From positions 224,001 to 288,000 of the forward strand of contig CBDDEL010000014.1 of assembly GCA_965226885.1 (NCBI GenBank): DNA of 64,000 nt, in the 5' to 3' direction. Numbering within the stretch: the first letter of the stretch is position 1; every line of letters starts with the position of its first letter. This stretch comes from Opitutales bacterium (GTDB taxonomy: Bacteria > Verrucomicrobiota > Verrucomicrobiia > Opitutales > UBA2987). The notes under the pieces were generated by a model. That model was not told the DNA's origin. It did not search any database and saw nothing but the letters and a program-made list of their open reading frames with translations. Of this stretch, positions 1 through 9,900 are shown in pieces. Position numbers and translations under genes: made by a program.

Positions 1-276
1 CTATCTTCTTAAGCTGTGTGTTCTCGCGCTCCAGCTCCTTCAGCCGCTTGGCGTCACGCAGCTCCATGCGGCCATACTTTTTACGCCAACGATGGTAGCT
101 TTGAGGACTGATATTGTGGGACCGACAGACATCCTGAATGCCTTTGCCTGCGTCTACTTCGCGCAGTATCGTTATGATTTGTTCAGGGGTGTATCTTTTT
201 TGCTTCATAGGTCTTTCCGGTAATTTCTCCAGAAAGACTCTCACTGGCAATGGTAGTGTTTTCGGCGGTCACATCA
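1..276 (-). mobile_element. IS3-family element (IS407-like), left end, cut by window edge
   Basis: Minus strand begins TGATGTGACCGCCGAAAACACTACC at 276. ORF from 208 leftwards, translated by hand, reads MKQKRYTPEQIITILREVDAGKGIQDVCRSHNISPQSYHRWRKKYGRMELRDAKRLKELERENTQLKK, an OrfA-type HTH plus leucine zipper. Confidence 0.85.
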
Positions 277-538
277 GGTGCACGCAATACATATCTTTAA
301 AAGCGTAAGTCACTGGCCTTGAAAGACTTGTTGCCGGTTTGGGGCGAGTTCTCAGCATATCAGGGTTTCAATGTCGGTTTATCAAGCCACCTTGCATAGT
401 GGTGGGTGGTGGTATAGAAACCACATAAAAGCACAACGCCGTTATCTTGGCAAGAAAAAAATTCAAGATTAACTAATTATATAGCAATTTAATTACTGCT
501 CGATGCTTAATCCTTACACCCGAAGCACTTGCAGGTTT

Positions 539-1213
539 TTAATGTTCGTAATCCGCAGCGCCTCCCGCGTCTACCAGTAATTCTTCGAGATAAGTCCAAA
601 CCGTTTTTGCCACGATTTGCTGTCCTTCGGCGTTGGGGTGGATGCCGTCGGACTGGTTGAGGTCCGCTACGGCGGCGACTCCTTCCAGTAAAAATGGAAT
701 CAATTGTACGTTATTATTTTGCGCCAGACGGGGATATATTCTGCGAAAGGAGTTTGTGTATTCTTCGCCCATGTTGGGGGGCAATTGCATCCCGGCCAGG
801 AGGATTTCTACTTTCGGGTTTTCCTCCCGCACACGGTCGATGATGGCTTGCAGGTTTTCCCTCGTGTTTTCGATCTCGATTCCTCTCAACCCGTCGTTAG
901 CCCCCAAGGCCAAAATGAGGATGTCCACCGGCCGGCGCAGCAGCCAGTTGATCCGGCGCAATCCCCCCGCTGTGGTATCGCCGCTGACGCTGCCATTGAT
1001 GCACCAGTAGGGCAGGCCGGACTTTTCGAGCTTGCCCTCTATGATGGCGGGGTAGGCTTCCTCCGGATCGAGGCCATAACCCGCCGTAAGGCTGTCGCCG
1101 AGAAAAAGAATGGTTCCAATCGGGGGCCCGGTTTCCTCCGCCCAAAGGCTCTGTGCAGCCCAAACCATCAGGGCGGCCAGGAAACTCTTGAAGAATTTCG
1201 ATTTTAATCCCAT
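539..1213 (-). CDS. tesA: SGNH/GDSL arylesterase, acyl-CoA thioesterase I-like, with signal peptide
   Basis: GDSLTAGYG, GDTTAGG, LGAND and DGIHPN blocks. Start moved to MGLKSK (1213) because the longer ORF overlaps ybbA antisense. Divergent from ybbA/ybbP as in the known arrangement. Confidence 0.85.
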   Translation of the reverse strand: MGLKSKFFKSFLAALMVWAAQSLWAEETGPPIGTILFLGDSLTAGYGLDPEEAYPAIIEGKLEKSGLPYWCINGSVSGDTTAGGLRRINWLLRRPVDILILALGANDGLRGIEIENTRENLQAIIDRVREENPKVEILLAGMQLPPNMGEEYTNSFRRIYPRLAQNNNVQLIPFLLEGVAAVADLNQSDGIHPNAEGQQIVAKTVWTYLEELLVDAGGAADYEH

Positions 1214-1295
1214 AACCTGTTGTTCGCTCCAACCTGCGAAATAATTAAATTTGTTGCAACCCCTCGCTATCTCTATGGTCTCCGTTATTTGAAAA

Positions 1296-2003
1296 ATGTT
1301 TCCATCAAAAGATAACAAAGAGGATTCCGCCCAGATTTTGCGCGTCCACAACCTGTGCAAGGATTTCACCAGCGCCGGGAGGCCGTTGAACGTGTTGAAA
1401 GACGTCTCTTTCGACCTGCTGGCGGGATCCAGCGTCGCCATTGTGGGTCCCTCCGGCAGCGGCAAGACCACCCTGCTCGGGTTGTGCGCCGGATTGGACG
1501 AGCCGACCTCCGGCTCAGTTGTTCTCAACGGACTCGCCCTGGAGTCTCTGGATGAAGACCGCAGGGCCGGGTTGCGCAATCGTTGGGTGGGTTTTGTTTT
1601 TCAAAATTTTCAACTCATCCCAACGCTTACGGCGCTTGAAAACGTGATGGTTCCCCTTGAGCTGAGGTATGAAAAAGAGATTAAACCCCGGGCCCAGCAA
1701 TTGCTGGCAAAAGTCGGCCTGGCGGAACGGGAGAGCCATTACCCCATCCAGTTGTCGGGCGGAGAACAACAGCGTGTGGCCATCGCGCGGGCTTTTATCA
1801 ACGAGCCGAAAATTTTATTCGTCGATGAGCCCACGGGCAATCTTGACGGCGAAACCAGCGACCATGTGGCCAACCTCCTTTTCGAGTTGAACCGGGAAGC
1901 CCGCACGACCCTCGTTTTGGTGACCCACAACCCGGCCCTGGCCGGGCGAACCGAACGGATATTAAAAATTGAAAATGGCCGGCTCTCCTCCAACCATACC
2001 TGA
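1296..2003 (+). CDS. ybbA: ABC transporter ATP-binding protein, YbbA/LolD-like
   Basis: Walker A GPSGSGKTT, LSGGEQQRV signature, DEPTGNLD, VTH switch. Confidence 0.9.
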   Translation: MFPSKDNKEDSAQILRVHNLCKDFTSAGRPLNVLKDVSFDLLAGSSVAIVGPSGSGKTTLLGLCAGLDEPTSGSVVLNGLALESLDEDRRAGLRNRWVGFVFQNFQLIPTLTALENVMVPLELRYEKEIKPRAQQLLAKVGLAERESHYPIQLSGGEQQRVAIARAFINEPKILFVDEPTGNLDGETSDHVANLLFELNREARTTLVLVTHNPALAGRTERILKIENGRLSSNHT

Positions 2004-4566
2004 AAAAGACGTCCCCGTCCGGTCCGCCTTCTGGCGGTGGATCGCCCTCATGGCCTGGCGGGACAGCCGCGGGGAGCGGCGCAAGCTGTTTCTTTTCACC
2101 CTTTGCATCGTGTTCGGTATCGGGGCGCTGGTGGCCATCCGGTCCTTCCGCCATAATCTCGAAACGGCCATCGACGAACATGCCAAAACCCTTCTCGGTT
2201 CCGATTTGCGTTTCTCATCCCTACGTCCTTTCGATGAGGAAACGGAGAAATTCATCGACTCCCTCCAGGCCGCTCAAACCTCGCGTGAGGTTCGTTTTCG
2301 CTCCATGGTCTTATTTCGGGAGCAGGGCGCTTCGAGACTGGTGCAGGTGCGCGCGGTGGAGGGCGATTTCCCGTTTTATGGAGAAATGGAAACCGACCCG
2401 GCGGGAATCGTTTTTCGGACGGGGGAGAAACCTCTAACCGTGGTCGAGGAAAGCCTCATGCAGCAATACGGGGTGGAAAAAGGCGATATACTCAAGCTCG
2501 GCAAACAGGAATTCACCATCGCCGGAAAATTGCTGCGCATACCCGGTGAGACGGAAATTTACGGAATTTTTGCGCCACGGGTCTTTATCGACCAACGTTA
2601 TTTGGAACAGACCGGTCTCATCCAGAGGGGCAGCCTCACCTCCTATCGGGTCCACTTCCGGTTTGCCAAGGGATTGACGAAAGATTTGCAGAACCGCATC
2701 GAGGAAGCCAGCGAAGGGCAATTCGTCGAGAGCCGGGTGCGCGTCGATACAGTAGAAGATCGCAAACGCCGCATGGGCCGGAGATTGGACAATCTTTACG
2801 ATTTTCTCAACCTGGTCGGTTTTGTCGCCTTATTTCTGGGCGGTCTGGGAGTCGCCGGGGCGGTGCAGGTGTATTTGACGGACAAGCTCAACACGGTGGC
2901 CGTGCTTCGGTGCCTGGGGGCATCCGTCCGGCACGCTTTTGGCATCTACCTCATCCAGGCGCTATCCATCGGCATAGCCGGTTCGTGTATGGGCGCGTTG
3001 CTGGGGGTTTCCGTGCAATTCCTGCTGCCCGCCGTGCTGGGTTCTTTTCTTCCTTTCAAGGTAGAAGTATTCATCTCCTGGGGCAGTGTTTTATTGAGCC
3101 TGGTCTTCGGCCTCGGGGTGACCATGCTTTTCGCTTTCATTCCATTGCTGACAGTTCGTTCGGTCACGCCGCTACGCGCTTTGCGTGTGTCTTTTGAAGA
3201 AAATCATCTGTTGCGCAAGGATCCCTATTTTTGGCTTGTGGCTGGAATTATCGCCATCCTGGCGTTTGTATTCAGCCTCCTCCAGACCAGCAAATTTGTT
3301 TACGGGGCCGCCTTTGCCGGAACCTTGGCGGTCACCCTGTTATTGCTCTGCGGGCTGGCCTGGGGCCTTCGCCATGGTTTGAAAAGATTTTTTCCCAGAA
3401 CCTGGCCTTATTTTTGGCGGCAGGGCCTCTCCAATCTCTTTCGCCCTCAAAATCGAACCCTTTTTCTAACCATCACGCTGGGCATGGGCACTTTTCTTAT
3501 TTACACTATTTACCTTACACAGAACATTCTCTTGCGGCAGGTGGAACTGGATTCGGACGACAAGCGCCCCAACATGGCCTTGTTCGACATCCAGCCCGAT
3601 CAAATCGAGGACGTCAAGCGAATCGTCCAAAATGCCGGCTACAAGGTTTGGGAATCAACCCCTCTGGTCAACATGCGCCTGTCGGAAATTAACGGTCGAA
3701 CGATTCAGGAAATTCACAATGATCCCCATTCCAAGACCGACAACTGGACCCTGCGCTGGGAATACCGCTCGACTTTCCGGAATCATTTGACCGGCACCGA
3801 GAAAATCATTTCCGGCACTTTCACCCCCCGAAGCGACGGCTCCGAACCGGTCCCCGTTTCCATCGAAAAAAGCATTGCCGAAGACCTCGATGTGGCCCTT
3901 GGCGACACCCTCGTTTTCGATGTGCAGGGAATCCCCATTTCCACGGTTATCGACAGTGTGCGTGAGGTGGACTGGGCCCAGTTGCGCCCTAATTTTTATA
4001 TACTCTTCCCTCAAGGCGTTCTGGAGGAGGCGCCCGCTTTTTATGCTCTCGTGACCAAGGTTCCCGACCGCAACGCCCTGGCCGCCCTGCAGCAGAAAAT
4101 CATCGAGTTACACCCTAACGTTTCGGCCATCGATCTTTCCCTCGTGCTGGAAACGTTGACCTCCATTCTCGACCGGGTGGCCTTTGTCATTCGGTTCATG
4201 GCCCTCTTCACGGTGGCCACCGGGCTCTTTGCGCTGGCCGGTTCGGTCATGGCCAGCCGTTATCAACGCATCCAGGAAAGCGTTCTTTTATGCACCCTCG
4301 GAGCCACCAGCGGCATGATCCGCCGCATCATGACGGTGGAATACCTACTGCTCGGCTTTTTGGCCGGGTTGACGGGAGTGATCCTGTCCGTCGGGGCCAC
4401 CTGGGCACTGGCCTTTTTCGTATTTGAAATACCCTTCTCGATCTCCTGGCCAGGATTTCTGGGAGCGATCCTGACCGTCACCCTCCTGACCCTCGCCACC
4501 GGCCTCATCAACAGCCGGGGCATCGCCAGCCACCCGCCCCTGGCCATCCTCCGGGCCGAAGGGTAA
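1969..4566 (+). CDS. ybbP: ABC transporter permease, YbbP/FtsX-like (exact start uncertain)
   Basis: 865 aa with two FtsX-type halves (LRCLGA, LCTLGA), FDIQPDQ motif, and tesA-ybbA context. Confidence 0.85.
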   Translation: MKMAGSPPTIPEKDVPVRSAFWRWIALMAWRDSRGERRKLFLFTLCIVFGIGALVAIRSFRHNLETAIDEHAKTLLGSDLRFSSLRPFDEETEKFIDSLQAAQTSREVRFRSMVLFREQGASRLVQVRAVEGDFPFYGEMETDPAGIVFRTGEKPLTVVEESLMQQYGVEKGDILKLGKQEFTIAGKLLRIPGETEIYGIFAPRVFIDQRYLEQTGLIQRGSLTSYRVHFRFAKGLTKDLQNRIEEASEGQFVESRVRVDTVEDRKRRMGRRLDNLYDFLNLVGFVALFLGGLGVAGAVQVYLTDKLNTVAVLRCLGASVRHAFGIYLIQALSIGIAGSCMGALLGVSVQFLLPAVLGSFLPFKVEVFISWGSVLLSLVFGLGVTMLFAFIPLLTVRSVTPLRALRVSFEENHLLRKDPYFWLVAGIIAILAFVFSLLQTSKFVYGAAFAGTLAVTLLLLCGLAWGLRHGLKRFFPRTWPYFWRQGLSNLFRPQNRTLFLTITLGMGTFLIYTIYLTQNILLRQVELDSDDKRPNMALFDIQPDQIEDVKRIVQNAGYKVWESTPLVNMRLSEINGRTIQEIHNDPHSKTDNWTLRWEYRSTFRNHLTGTEKIISGTFTPRSDGSEPVPVSIEKSIAEDLDVALGDTLVFDVQGIPISTVIDSVREVDWAQLRPNFYILFPQGVLEEAPAFYALVTKVPDRNALAALQQKIIELHPNVSAIDLSLVLETLTSILDRVAFVIRFMALFTVATGLFALAGSVMASRYQRIQESVLLCTLGATSGMIRRIMTVEYLLLGFLAGLTGVILSVGATWALAFFVFEIPFSISWPGFLGAILTVTLLTLATGLINSRGIASHPPLAILRAEG

Positions 4567-4762
4567 AAAGCGCAGCTAGCTTCGGGATAAAGGAAATCCC
4601 TCTAATAAATTCATTCCCTTGCGGAGAAATTTCTCGGATGCCCGATCTGCGAGTATTTCGCTCGTCGATTTCTGATTGTCTTAGGGAGGAACCTTGAATT
4701 AGTTTTTATCTCGATTCCTTGATTCTGGAATTCTTTATTAAAAAATATTAAATTGAAGAACT

Positions 4763-5143
4763 ATGACTGTTTTTTTGCATACTCGTATTCGGGTGAGCGA
4801 CCTTGAGCGCTCCATTCAGTATTATTGTGACAATTTTGAATTTCGGGTCCTTAGCCGGAATGATAAATCGCCCGCGGGCAACGAGATTGTTCATCTCGAG
4901 CTGCCTGGCAACGCCCATACCCTCGAGCTGACTTATTCGCCCGATTATGAGGTCAACGTGCCGGAGGACCTCATGCACTTCGCCCTCGGTGTGCCGGACC
5001 TGATCGCCTATTGCGACCGCCTGGAGAAAAACGGCCTCGATATCTGGCCGGATGGCTGGCGGGAGAAATTTGTCTCGGGCCGGAAAATGGCCTTCGTTGA
5101 CGATCCCGACGGCTACGAAATCGAGCTTCTGGAAAGGAAGTAG
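4763..5143 (+). CDS. VOC/glyoxalase family protein (lactoylglutathione lyase-like)
   Basis: HTRIRVSDLERSIQYY, ELTY, HFALGV, FVDDPDGYEIELL. Confidence 0.85.
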   Translation: MTVFLHTRIRVSDLERSIQYYCDNFEFRVLSRNDKSPAGNEIVHLELPGNAHTLELTYSPDYEVNVPEDLMHFALGVPDLIAYCDRLEKNGLDIWPDGWREKFVSGRKMAFVDDPDGYEIELLERK

Positions 5144-5161
5144 GCAACCCGGAAAGGTTTA

Positions 5162-6331
5162 ATGAAAATCAGTAATTACGAGATATTCGTTCTGGGAACT
5201 CCCTGGCGAAATTTGACTTATTTTCGGCTCGAACTGGAGGACGGCACCTACGGCTGGGGCGAAGCGCGCATCCTGGGCAAAACCCACACCGTGGTCGAAT
5301 ATTTGAAAGAGGTTCGCCGCCATATCGTGGGGCACGACGTTTTCGACATCGAAGACCTCTACCGGCGCTTTATGCTGCTTGATTTCGGGGTGGCTGGCGA
5401 AGTTACCATGAGCGGCCTGGCCCTGGTCGAAATGGCCGCCTGGGACTGCATCGGCAAACTGGCCAATCTGCCCGTTTACAAATTGATCGGCGGAAAACTG
5501 CGCGACCGCATTCCCGCCTACGCCAATGGCTGGTACACGGTCGAGCGCACCCCGGAAGCCTTTGCTCAGGCAGCGGAAAAAGTAGTGGAAAGGGGCTATC
5601 TCGGGTTGAAATTCGATCCCTTTGGCAATGGCGATTTGGAGCTCAGGCGGGAAGAGTACCAACGGTCGATCGAGTTGATCGAGGCTGTCCATTCCGTAAC
5701 CGGCAAGAAGCTTCGAATTTACCTGGAGATGCATGGACGTTTCGCTCCACACCAGGCCATCGAAATCGCTAAAGAGGTGGAAAAATTCAATCCCGCCTGG
5801 ATCGAGGAACCCTGCCGCCCGGAGGATTTGGGGGCTTTGCAAAAAATTGCCCAGCACACTCATCTGCCCATCGCCACAGGGGAGCGCCTTTACACGGCCA
5901 GCCAGTACCGCGACCTTTTCCCCCTGCGCTGTGTGGACATTATCCAACCGGACATCAATCACTGCGGCGGGCTTTTGGAGGTGAAAAAAATCGCTTCCAC
6001 GGCGGAAACTTTCAACGTCATGGTGGCGCCCCACAATGTCGGCGGCATCATTACCACCGTAGCTGCCATCCACCTCATGGCAACCTTGAGAAACGGTAAG
6101 GTGCTCGAGCATTTCAACGATTTTGCCGACGAATACGTCAAAAATGCCGGCCATCCCTACCCGGAAGTGAACGACGGCTATTTTTCGCTGCCAGAGGGAC
6201 CGGGCTGGGGAATCGAAATCGACATCGATTTCCTGCGGGAAAACGCGGCCCCGCTCATCGACGGGGTGATCCAGGATCCGGGCTTGAATCTTTTCGCCAA
6301 TCCCGATTGGAATTTGCGGGATGGCGCATAA
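5162..6331 (+). CDS. Enolase-superfamily (mandelate racemase subgroup) acid-sugar dehydratase, gluconate/galactonate dehydratase-like
   Basis: WDCIGKLANLPVYKLIGG, KFDP, EMHGRF, WIEEP, ATGER, QPDINHCGG, APHN. Confidence 0.85.
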   Translation: MKISNYEIFVLGTPWRNLTYFRLELEDGTYGWGEARILGKTHTVVEYLKEVRRHIVGHDVFDIEDLYRRFMLLDFGVAGEVTMSGLALVEMAAWDCIGKLANLPVYKLIGGKLRDRIPAYANGWYTVERTPEAFAQAAEKVVERGYLGLKFDPFGNGDLELRREEYQRSIELIEAVHSVTGKKLRIYLEMHGRFAPHQAIEIAKEVEKFNPAWIEEPCRPEDLGALQKIAQHTHLPIATGERLYTASQYRDLFPLRCVDIIQPDINHCGGLLEVKKIASTAETFNVMVAPHNVGGIITTVAAIHLMATLRNGKVLEHFNDFADEYVKNAGHPYPEVNDGYFSLPEGPGWGIEIDIDFLRENAAPLIDGVIQDPGLNLFANPDWNLRDGA

Positions 6332-6384
6332 ACCTGATATTTTCATTTCCTTGCCGCGCGTTTTCCCTGCACGCAAACGACTTT

Positions 6385-7308
6385 ATGAAAAAATCCGCTG
6401 AATCTCTCGAACATCTGGGATTGCCTTCCGATGACGGCAAAAAAGTCTCCGAGGTGCGATTTCCCGATGGCGGCCAATACCGCATAGAAATTCCCAGCAC
6501 GGAAGGACCCAAAGCATTGCGAGCGGCTTTTGAGGAGGGCGACCGCCTCGGCTGTCCCCTGCACCGTTTCAGCCAGGGAAGCGGCATCCAGATGCTTTCC
6601 GATGAGGAAATTTCCGAAATGTGCCGGATAGGAGCGGATCGAAAGGTCGAAATTAACCTCTTCGTCACCCCGCGGGCCAATTTCGATATCGGGGGCCAAT
6701 GGGCGGCCCCGGCGGGCAAAGCCATCCAATGGCAAATCCGCGGCGCGGAGCAGTTGCGTTACTGCCTGGACGATATTTACCGGGCCGTCGATCTGGGAAT
6801 CCGCAGCGTCCTCCTCTCCGATTGGGGTTTGATCCAAGTGGTTTCGCAACTTCGCTCGGAGAGTAAATTACCGACGGAACTGGTCATTAAATCTTCCGCC
6901 TTGATGGCCCCGGCCAATCCCGCTTCGGTGCGTTTATTGGAAGATACGGGAGCTAACACCATCAATATCGCAACCGATTTGACTGTGGCCCAGGTGAGCG
7001 CCATCCGGCAGGTTTGCCAGGCGCCGTTGGATATCTACATCGAAGCGCCGGACGGTTTGGGGGGATTCGTCCGCCATCATGAGACGCCGGATTTGATCCG
7101 TTATGCCTCGCCCATTTATGTCAAAGCCGGTCTTCGCAACTCGCCCGACATCTACCCCTCGGGCTACCACATAGAGTCCACCGTTCTGGCCCTCAGCCGT
7201 GAGCGGGTGAGGCGTTCCAAGCTCATTTACGATCTCATCCAAAGAGAATACCCGGAAGCGCAAATGTCGCCCCTAGGCTCAAGCGATCTCGGCATTCCGC
7301 AAATTTAG
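6385..7308 (+). CDS. Uncharacterised U32-peptidase-like (probable TIM-barrel) protein
   Basis: RFPDGGQYRIEIPSTEGP, SQGSGI, PLDIYIEAPD and K.GLRN.PDIYPSG resemble a family usually labelled U32-like. Start chosen at ATG 6385. Confidence 0.55.
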   Translation: MKKSAESLEHLGLPSDDGKKVSEVRFPDGGQYRIEIPSTEGPKALRAAFEEGDRLGCPLHRFSQGSGIQMLSDEEISEMCRIGADRKVEINLFVTPRANFDIGGQWAAPAGKAIQWQIRGAEQLRYCLDDIYRAVDLGIRSVLLSDWGLIQVVSQLRSESKLPTELVIKSSALMAPANPASVRLLEDTGANTINIATDLTVAQVSAIRQVCQAPLDIYIEAPDGLGGFVRHHETPDLIRYASPIYVKAGLRNSPDIYPSGYHIESTVLALSRERVRRSKLIYDLIQREYPEAQMSPLGSSDLGIPQI

Positions 7309-7334
7309 CAGCCAGTTTATAAAATTAAAATATT

Positions 7335-8933
7335 ATGAATAACCCACAACCTGTTTTAATCGCCGGAAAATGGCGGCCATCTGTCGGGACCGATTACTTT
7401 CAATCGGCCAATTCTCAAATTGGGGAAACGCTCCCGGAAAATTACCCGGTCAGCCCCTGGCCGGAAATCGAGGAGGCGATTGAGGCCGCTGCGGAAGCCT
7501 TCCAGCAACTTCGCCAGGTTTCGCCCGATGGTATCGCGGCGTTCCTGGAAAAATTGGCCGACCGGATCGAGAACCGCCGGGAAGAATTTGTGCAATGGGC
7601 CAACCGGGAGACCGCCCTCCCCGCAGAGCCCCGCCTCAACTCGGTGGAGCTTCCCCGCACCACCAACCAATTACGCCTGGCGGCAAAAGCGGCCCGCCAG
7701 CGATCCTGGAGCCAGCCGGTGATCGATACGGCAAACGATGTCCGCGCCTTTTACAAGGCCATCGGGCCGGTTTGCGTTTTCGGTCCCAACAACTTTCCCT
7801 TTGCCTTCAACAGCGCCGCCGGAGGGGATTTCGCTGCCGCCATTGCGGCCGGAAACCCGGTCATTGCCAAAGCCAACACATCCCATCCCGGAACCACCCG
7901 GCTTTTTGCCGAAGAAGCCCTGCACGCGGCAGAGGAAACGGGACTACCACCGGCAATGGTGCAATTGCTCTACCGAACCAGCCATGCCGATGGCGCCCGC
8001 CTGGTCTCGCACCCACTCATGGGAGCCACCGGCTACACCGGCTCGCGACGCGCCGGTCTCGCTCTCAAGGAAGCGGCGGACAAAGCCGGCAATCCCATTT
8101 ACCTGGAACTCAGCAGTATCAACCCGGTGGTTATTTTGCCGGGGGTGCTGGAGGAACGGGCAGAAGCCATGGCGGAAGAATTTGTGGGTTCCGTGCTCAT
8201 GGGTACGGGCCAGTTTTGCACAAATCCCGGACTTATCCTTTTACTGGAGAACGAGCAAACAAGCGCCTTCATGGAGGATTTGCGATCCCGGTTTTCGACC
8301 GCGCCTGCGGGCACCCTTTTGAGCAGCGGGGTGGAGAAATCTTTGCTCGGGGGCATTGAGGCATTGAAAACCGCGGGGGCCGAGGTAGTCGTTGGGGGAA
8401 ACTCGACGGGAGAGGCACGTTGCAGTGTTGAAAACACATTGCTCAAGGTGGATGGCGACCGTTTCCTGGCCAATCCTGAAGCGCTTCAGGAAGAAGCCTT
8501 CGGCAATGCCAGCATCATCGTGACCGCCGCAAACACCGAAAAAATGATCCACATTCTCAATTGCCTGGAAGGAAATTTGACCGGCAGCATATACAGCCAT
8601 TCCGATGGCCGGGACGATCCCATTCACGGAAAAATAGAACCGGTTTTGAGAGGAAAAGTGGGCCGCCTGATGAATGACAAGATGCCGACTGGAGTCCTTG
8701 TTTCACCGGCCATGAACCACGGTGGGCCCTATCCGGCCACCGGGCATCCGGGCTTTACCGCTGTCGGCATCCCCGCCTCGATGATTCGTTTCGCAGCCCT
8801 GCATTGCTACGACAATGTGCGGCCAAACCGCCTTCCACCGGAACTGCAAAACGCCAACCCCACCGGCCAAACCTGGCGCTCCATCGACGGCCAATGGACC
8901 TGCAACGACGTCTCGGAAAAACAGCCGTCATGA
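7335..8933 (+). CDS. NADP+-dependent aldehyde dehydrogenase, alpha-ketoglutarate semialdehyde dehydrogenase type
   Basis: FGPNNFPFAFN..GGD, YTGS, ELSSINP, GQFCTNPG (catalytic Cys), HGGPYPAT. Confidence 0.85.
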   Translation: MNNPQPVLIAGKWRPSVGTDYFQSANSQIGETLPENYPVSPWPEIEEAIEAAAEAFQQLRQVSPDGIAAFLEKLADRIENRREEFVQWANRETALPAEPRLNSVELPRTTNQLRLAAKAARQRSWSQPVIDTANDVRAFYKAIGPVCVFGPNNFPFAFNSAAGGDFAAAIAAGNPVIAKANTSHPGTTRLFAEEALHAAEETGLPPAMVQLLYRTSHADGARLVSHPLMGATGYTGSRRAGLALKEAADKAGNPIYLELSSINPVVILPGVLEERAEAMAEEFVGSVLMGTGQFCTNPGLILLLENEQTSAFMEDLRSRFSTAPAGTLLSSGVEKSLLGGIEALKTAGAEVVVGGNSTGEARCSVENTLLKVDGDRFLANPEALQEEAFGNASIIVTAANTEKMIHILNCLEGNLTGSIYSHSDGRDDPIHGKIEPVLRGKVGRLMNDKMPTGVLVSPAMNHGGPYPATGHPGFTAVGIPASMIRFAALHCYDNVRPNRLPPELQNANPTGQTWRSIDGQWTCNDVSEKQPS

Positions 8934-9883
8934 GCTTGCCCAAGGTATTGACGACTTTTTTGCCCCAGGACGAAGGGGTCGCTCCTCTGCAGGGGTTGGC
9001 GGAAATCGTGCCCGGCCCCGGCGGTGGGTTTCAGATGGCCAGAGAGGAGGCGCTGGAGAAAATCACCGATTGCGTGGGTGTCATCAGCCAAAGCGAATTG
9101 CGCATCGACGCTGAATTGCTCGACCGGGCCCCAAAGCTGAAAATCGCCGCCAACGTAGCCATCGGCACGGACAACTTCGACCTGGATTTGATGGCCTCGC
9201 GCGGCGTTTGGGCGACCAATGCGCACGAGCCGCTGGTCGATCCCACCGCGGATTGCGCCTTGGGGCTCATCATCAGCCTGGCCCGCAGGCTGGGCGAAGC
9301 CGAGCGATTCGTGCGGGCGGACCAGTGGAAACGCACTCAGCACGGTCGCTGGAATGGGGTCCTCCTTTCGGGCAAAACCCTAGGGTTGATCGGCTATGGC
9401 AAAATCGGCCAAGCCGTCGCCAAACGGGCTCGGGCATTCGGCATGAGGGTGATTCACCACCGGCAGAAAATCACCGATGACAGCGAGAGCCGAAGCCTCG
9501 AAGCGCTCCTGGCGGAAGCCGACTTCATCTCATTACATACGCCATTGACCCCCAAAACGCATCATTTAATCAACGCCGAACGCCTCAGGCAGATGAAAAA
9601 GGGCGCCTTCCTGATCAACACCGGACGCGGCCCCGTGGTGGACGAGGAGGCTCTCGTGGAGGCTCTCGAAAGTGGACACCTAGGAGGCGCGGGACTGGAT
9701 GTTTTTGAGCACGAGCCGGCCATCAACCCCGGATTGTTCGGCCGGGAGAATGTCATACTGCTCCCCCACCTGGGAGGAAGCGCCACCGAAAGTCGGCTCG
9801 AAGCCCTCCAAATCTGCTCCAAAAACGTAGCCGCCATCCTCAAAGGAGAAACCCCGCCCAACGCGGTCAATCGGCCGGTTTAG
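8930..9883 (+). CDS. D-isomer-specific 2-hydroxyacid dehydrogenase (glyoxylate/hydroxypyruvate reductase-like)
   Basis: GLIGYGKIG, INTGRGPVVDE, GLDVFEHEP, PHLGG. ATGA overlap with the ALDH stop fixes the start at 8930. Confidence 0.9.
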   Translation: MSLPKVLTTFLPQDEGVAPLQGLAEIVPGPGGGFQMAREEALEKITDCVGVISQSELRIDAELLDRAPKLKIAANVAIGTDNFDLDLMASRGVWATNAHEPLVDPTADCALGLIISLARRLGEAERFVRADQWKRTQHGRWNGVLLSGKTLGLIGYGKIGQAVAKRARAFGMRVIHHRQKITDDSESRSLEALLAEADFISLHTPLTPKTHHLINAERLRQMKKGAFLINTGRGPVVDEEALVEALESGHLGGAGLDVFEHEPAINPGLFGRENVILLPHLGGSATESRLEALQICSKNVAAILKGETPPNAVNRPV

Positions 9884-9900
9884 TATGCTGTCCCAACTTG

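Noticed and set aside
277..538. Possible regulatory RNA or operator in the intergenic region
   Set aside because: Only short hairpins (CCACC/GGTGG, GTGGT/ACCAC); no recognisable consensus.
1214..1579. 122-aa N-terminal extension of the TesA-like ORF
   Set aside because: It overlaps ybbA antisense; a signal peptide starts at 1213.
5159..6376. 405-aa antisense ORF, and many similar shadow ORFs over genes and transposases
   Set aside because: They mirror well-supported genes on the other strand in GC-rich DNA and show no motifs.
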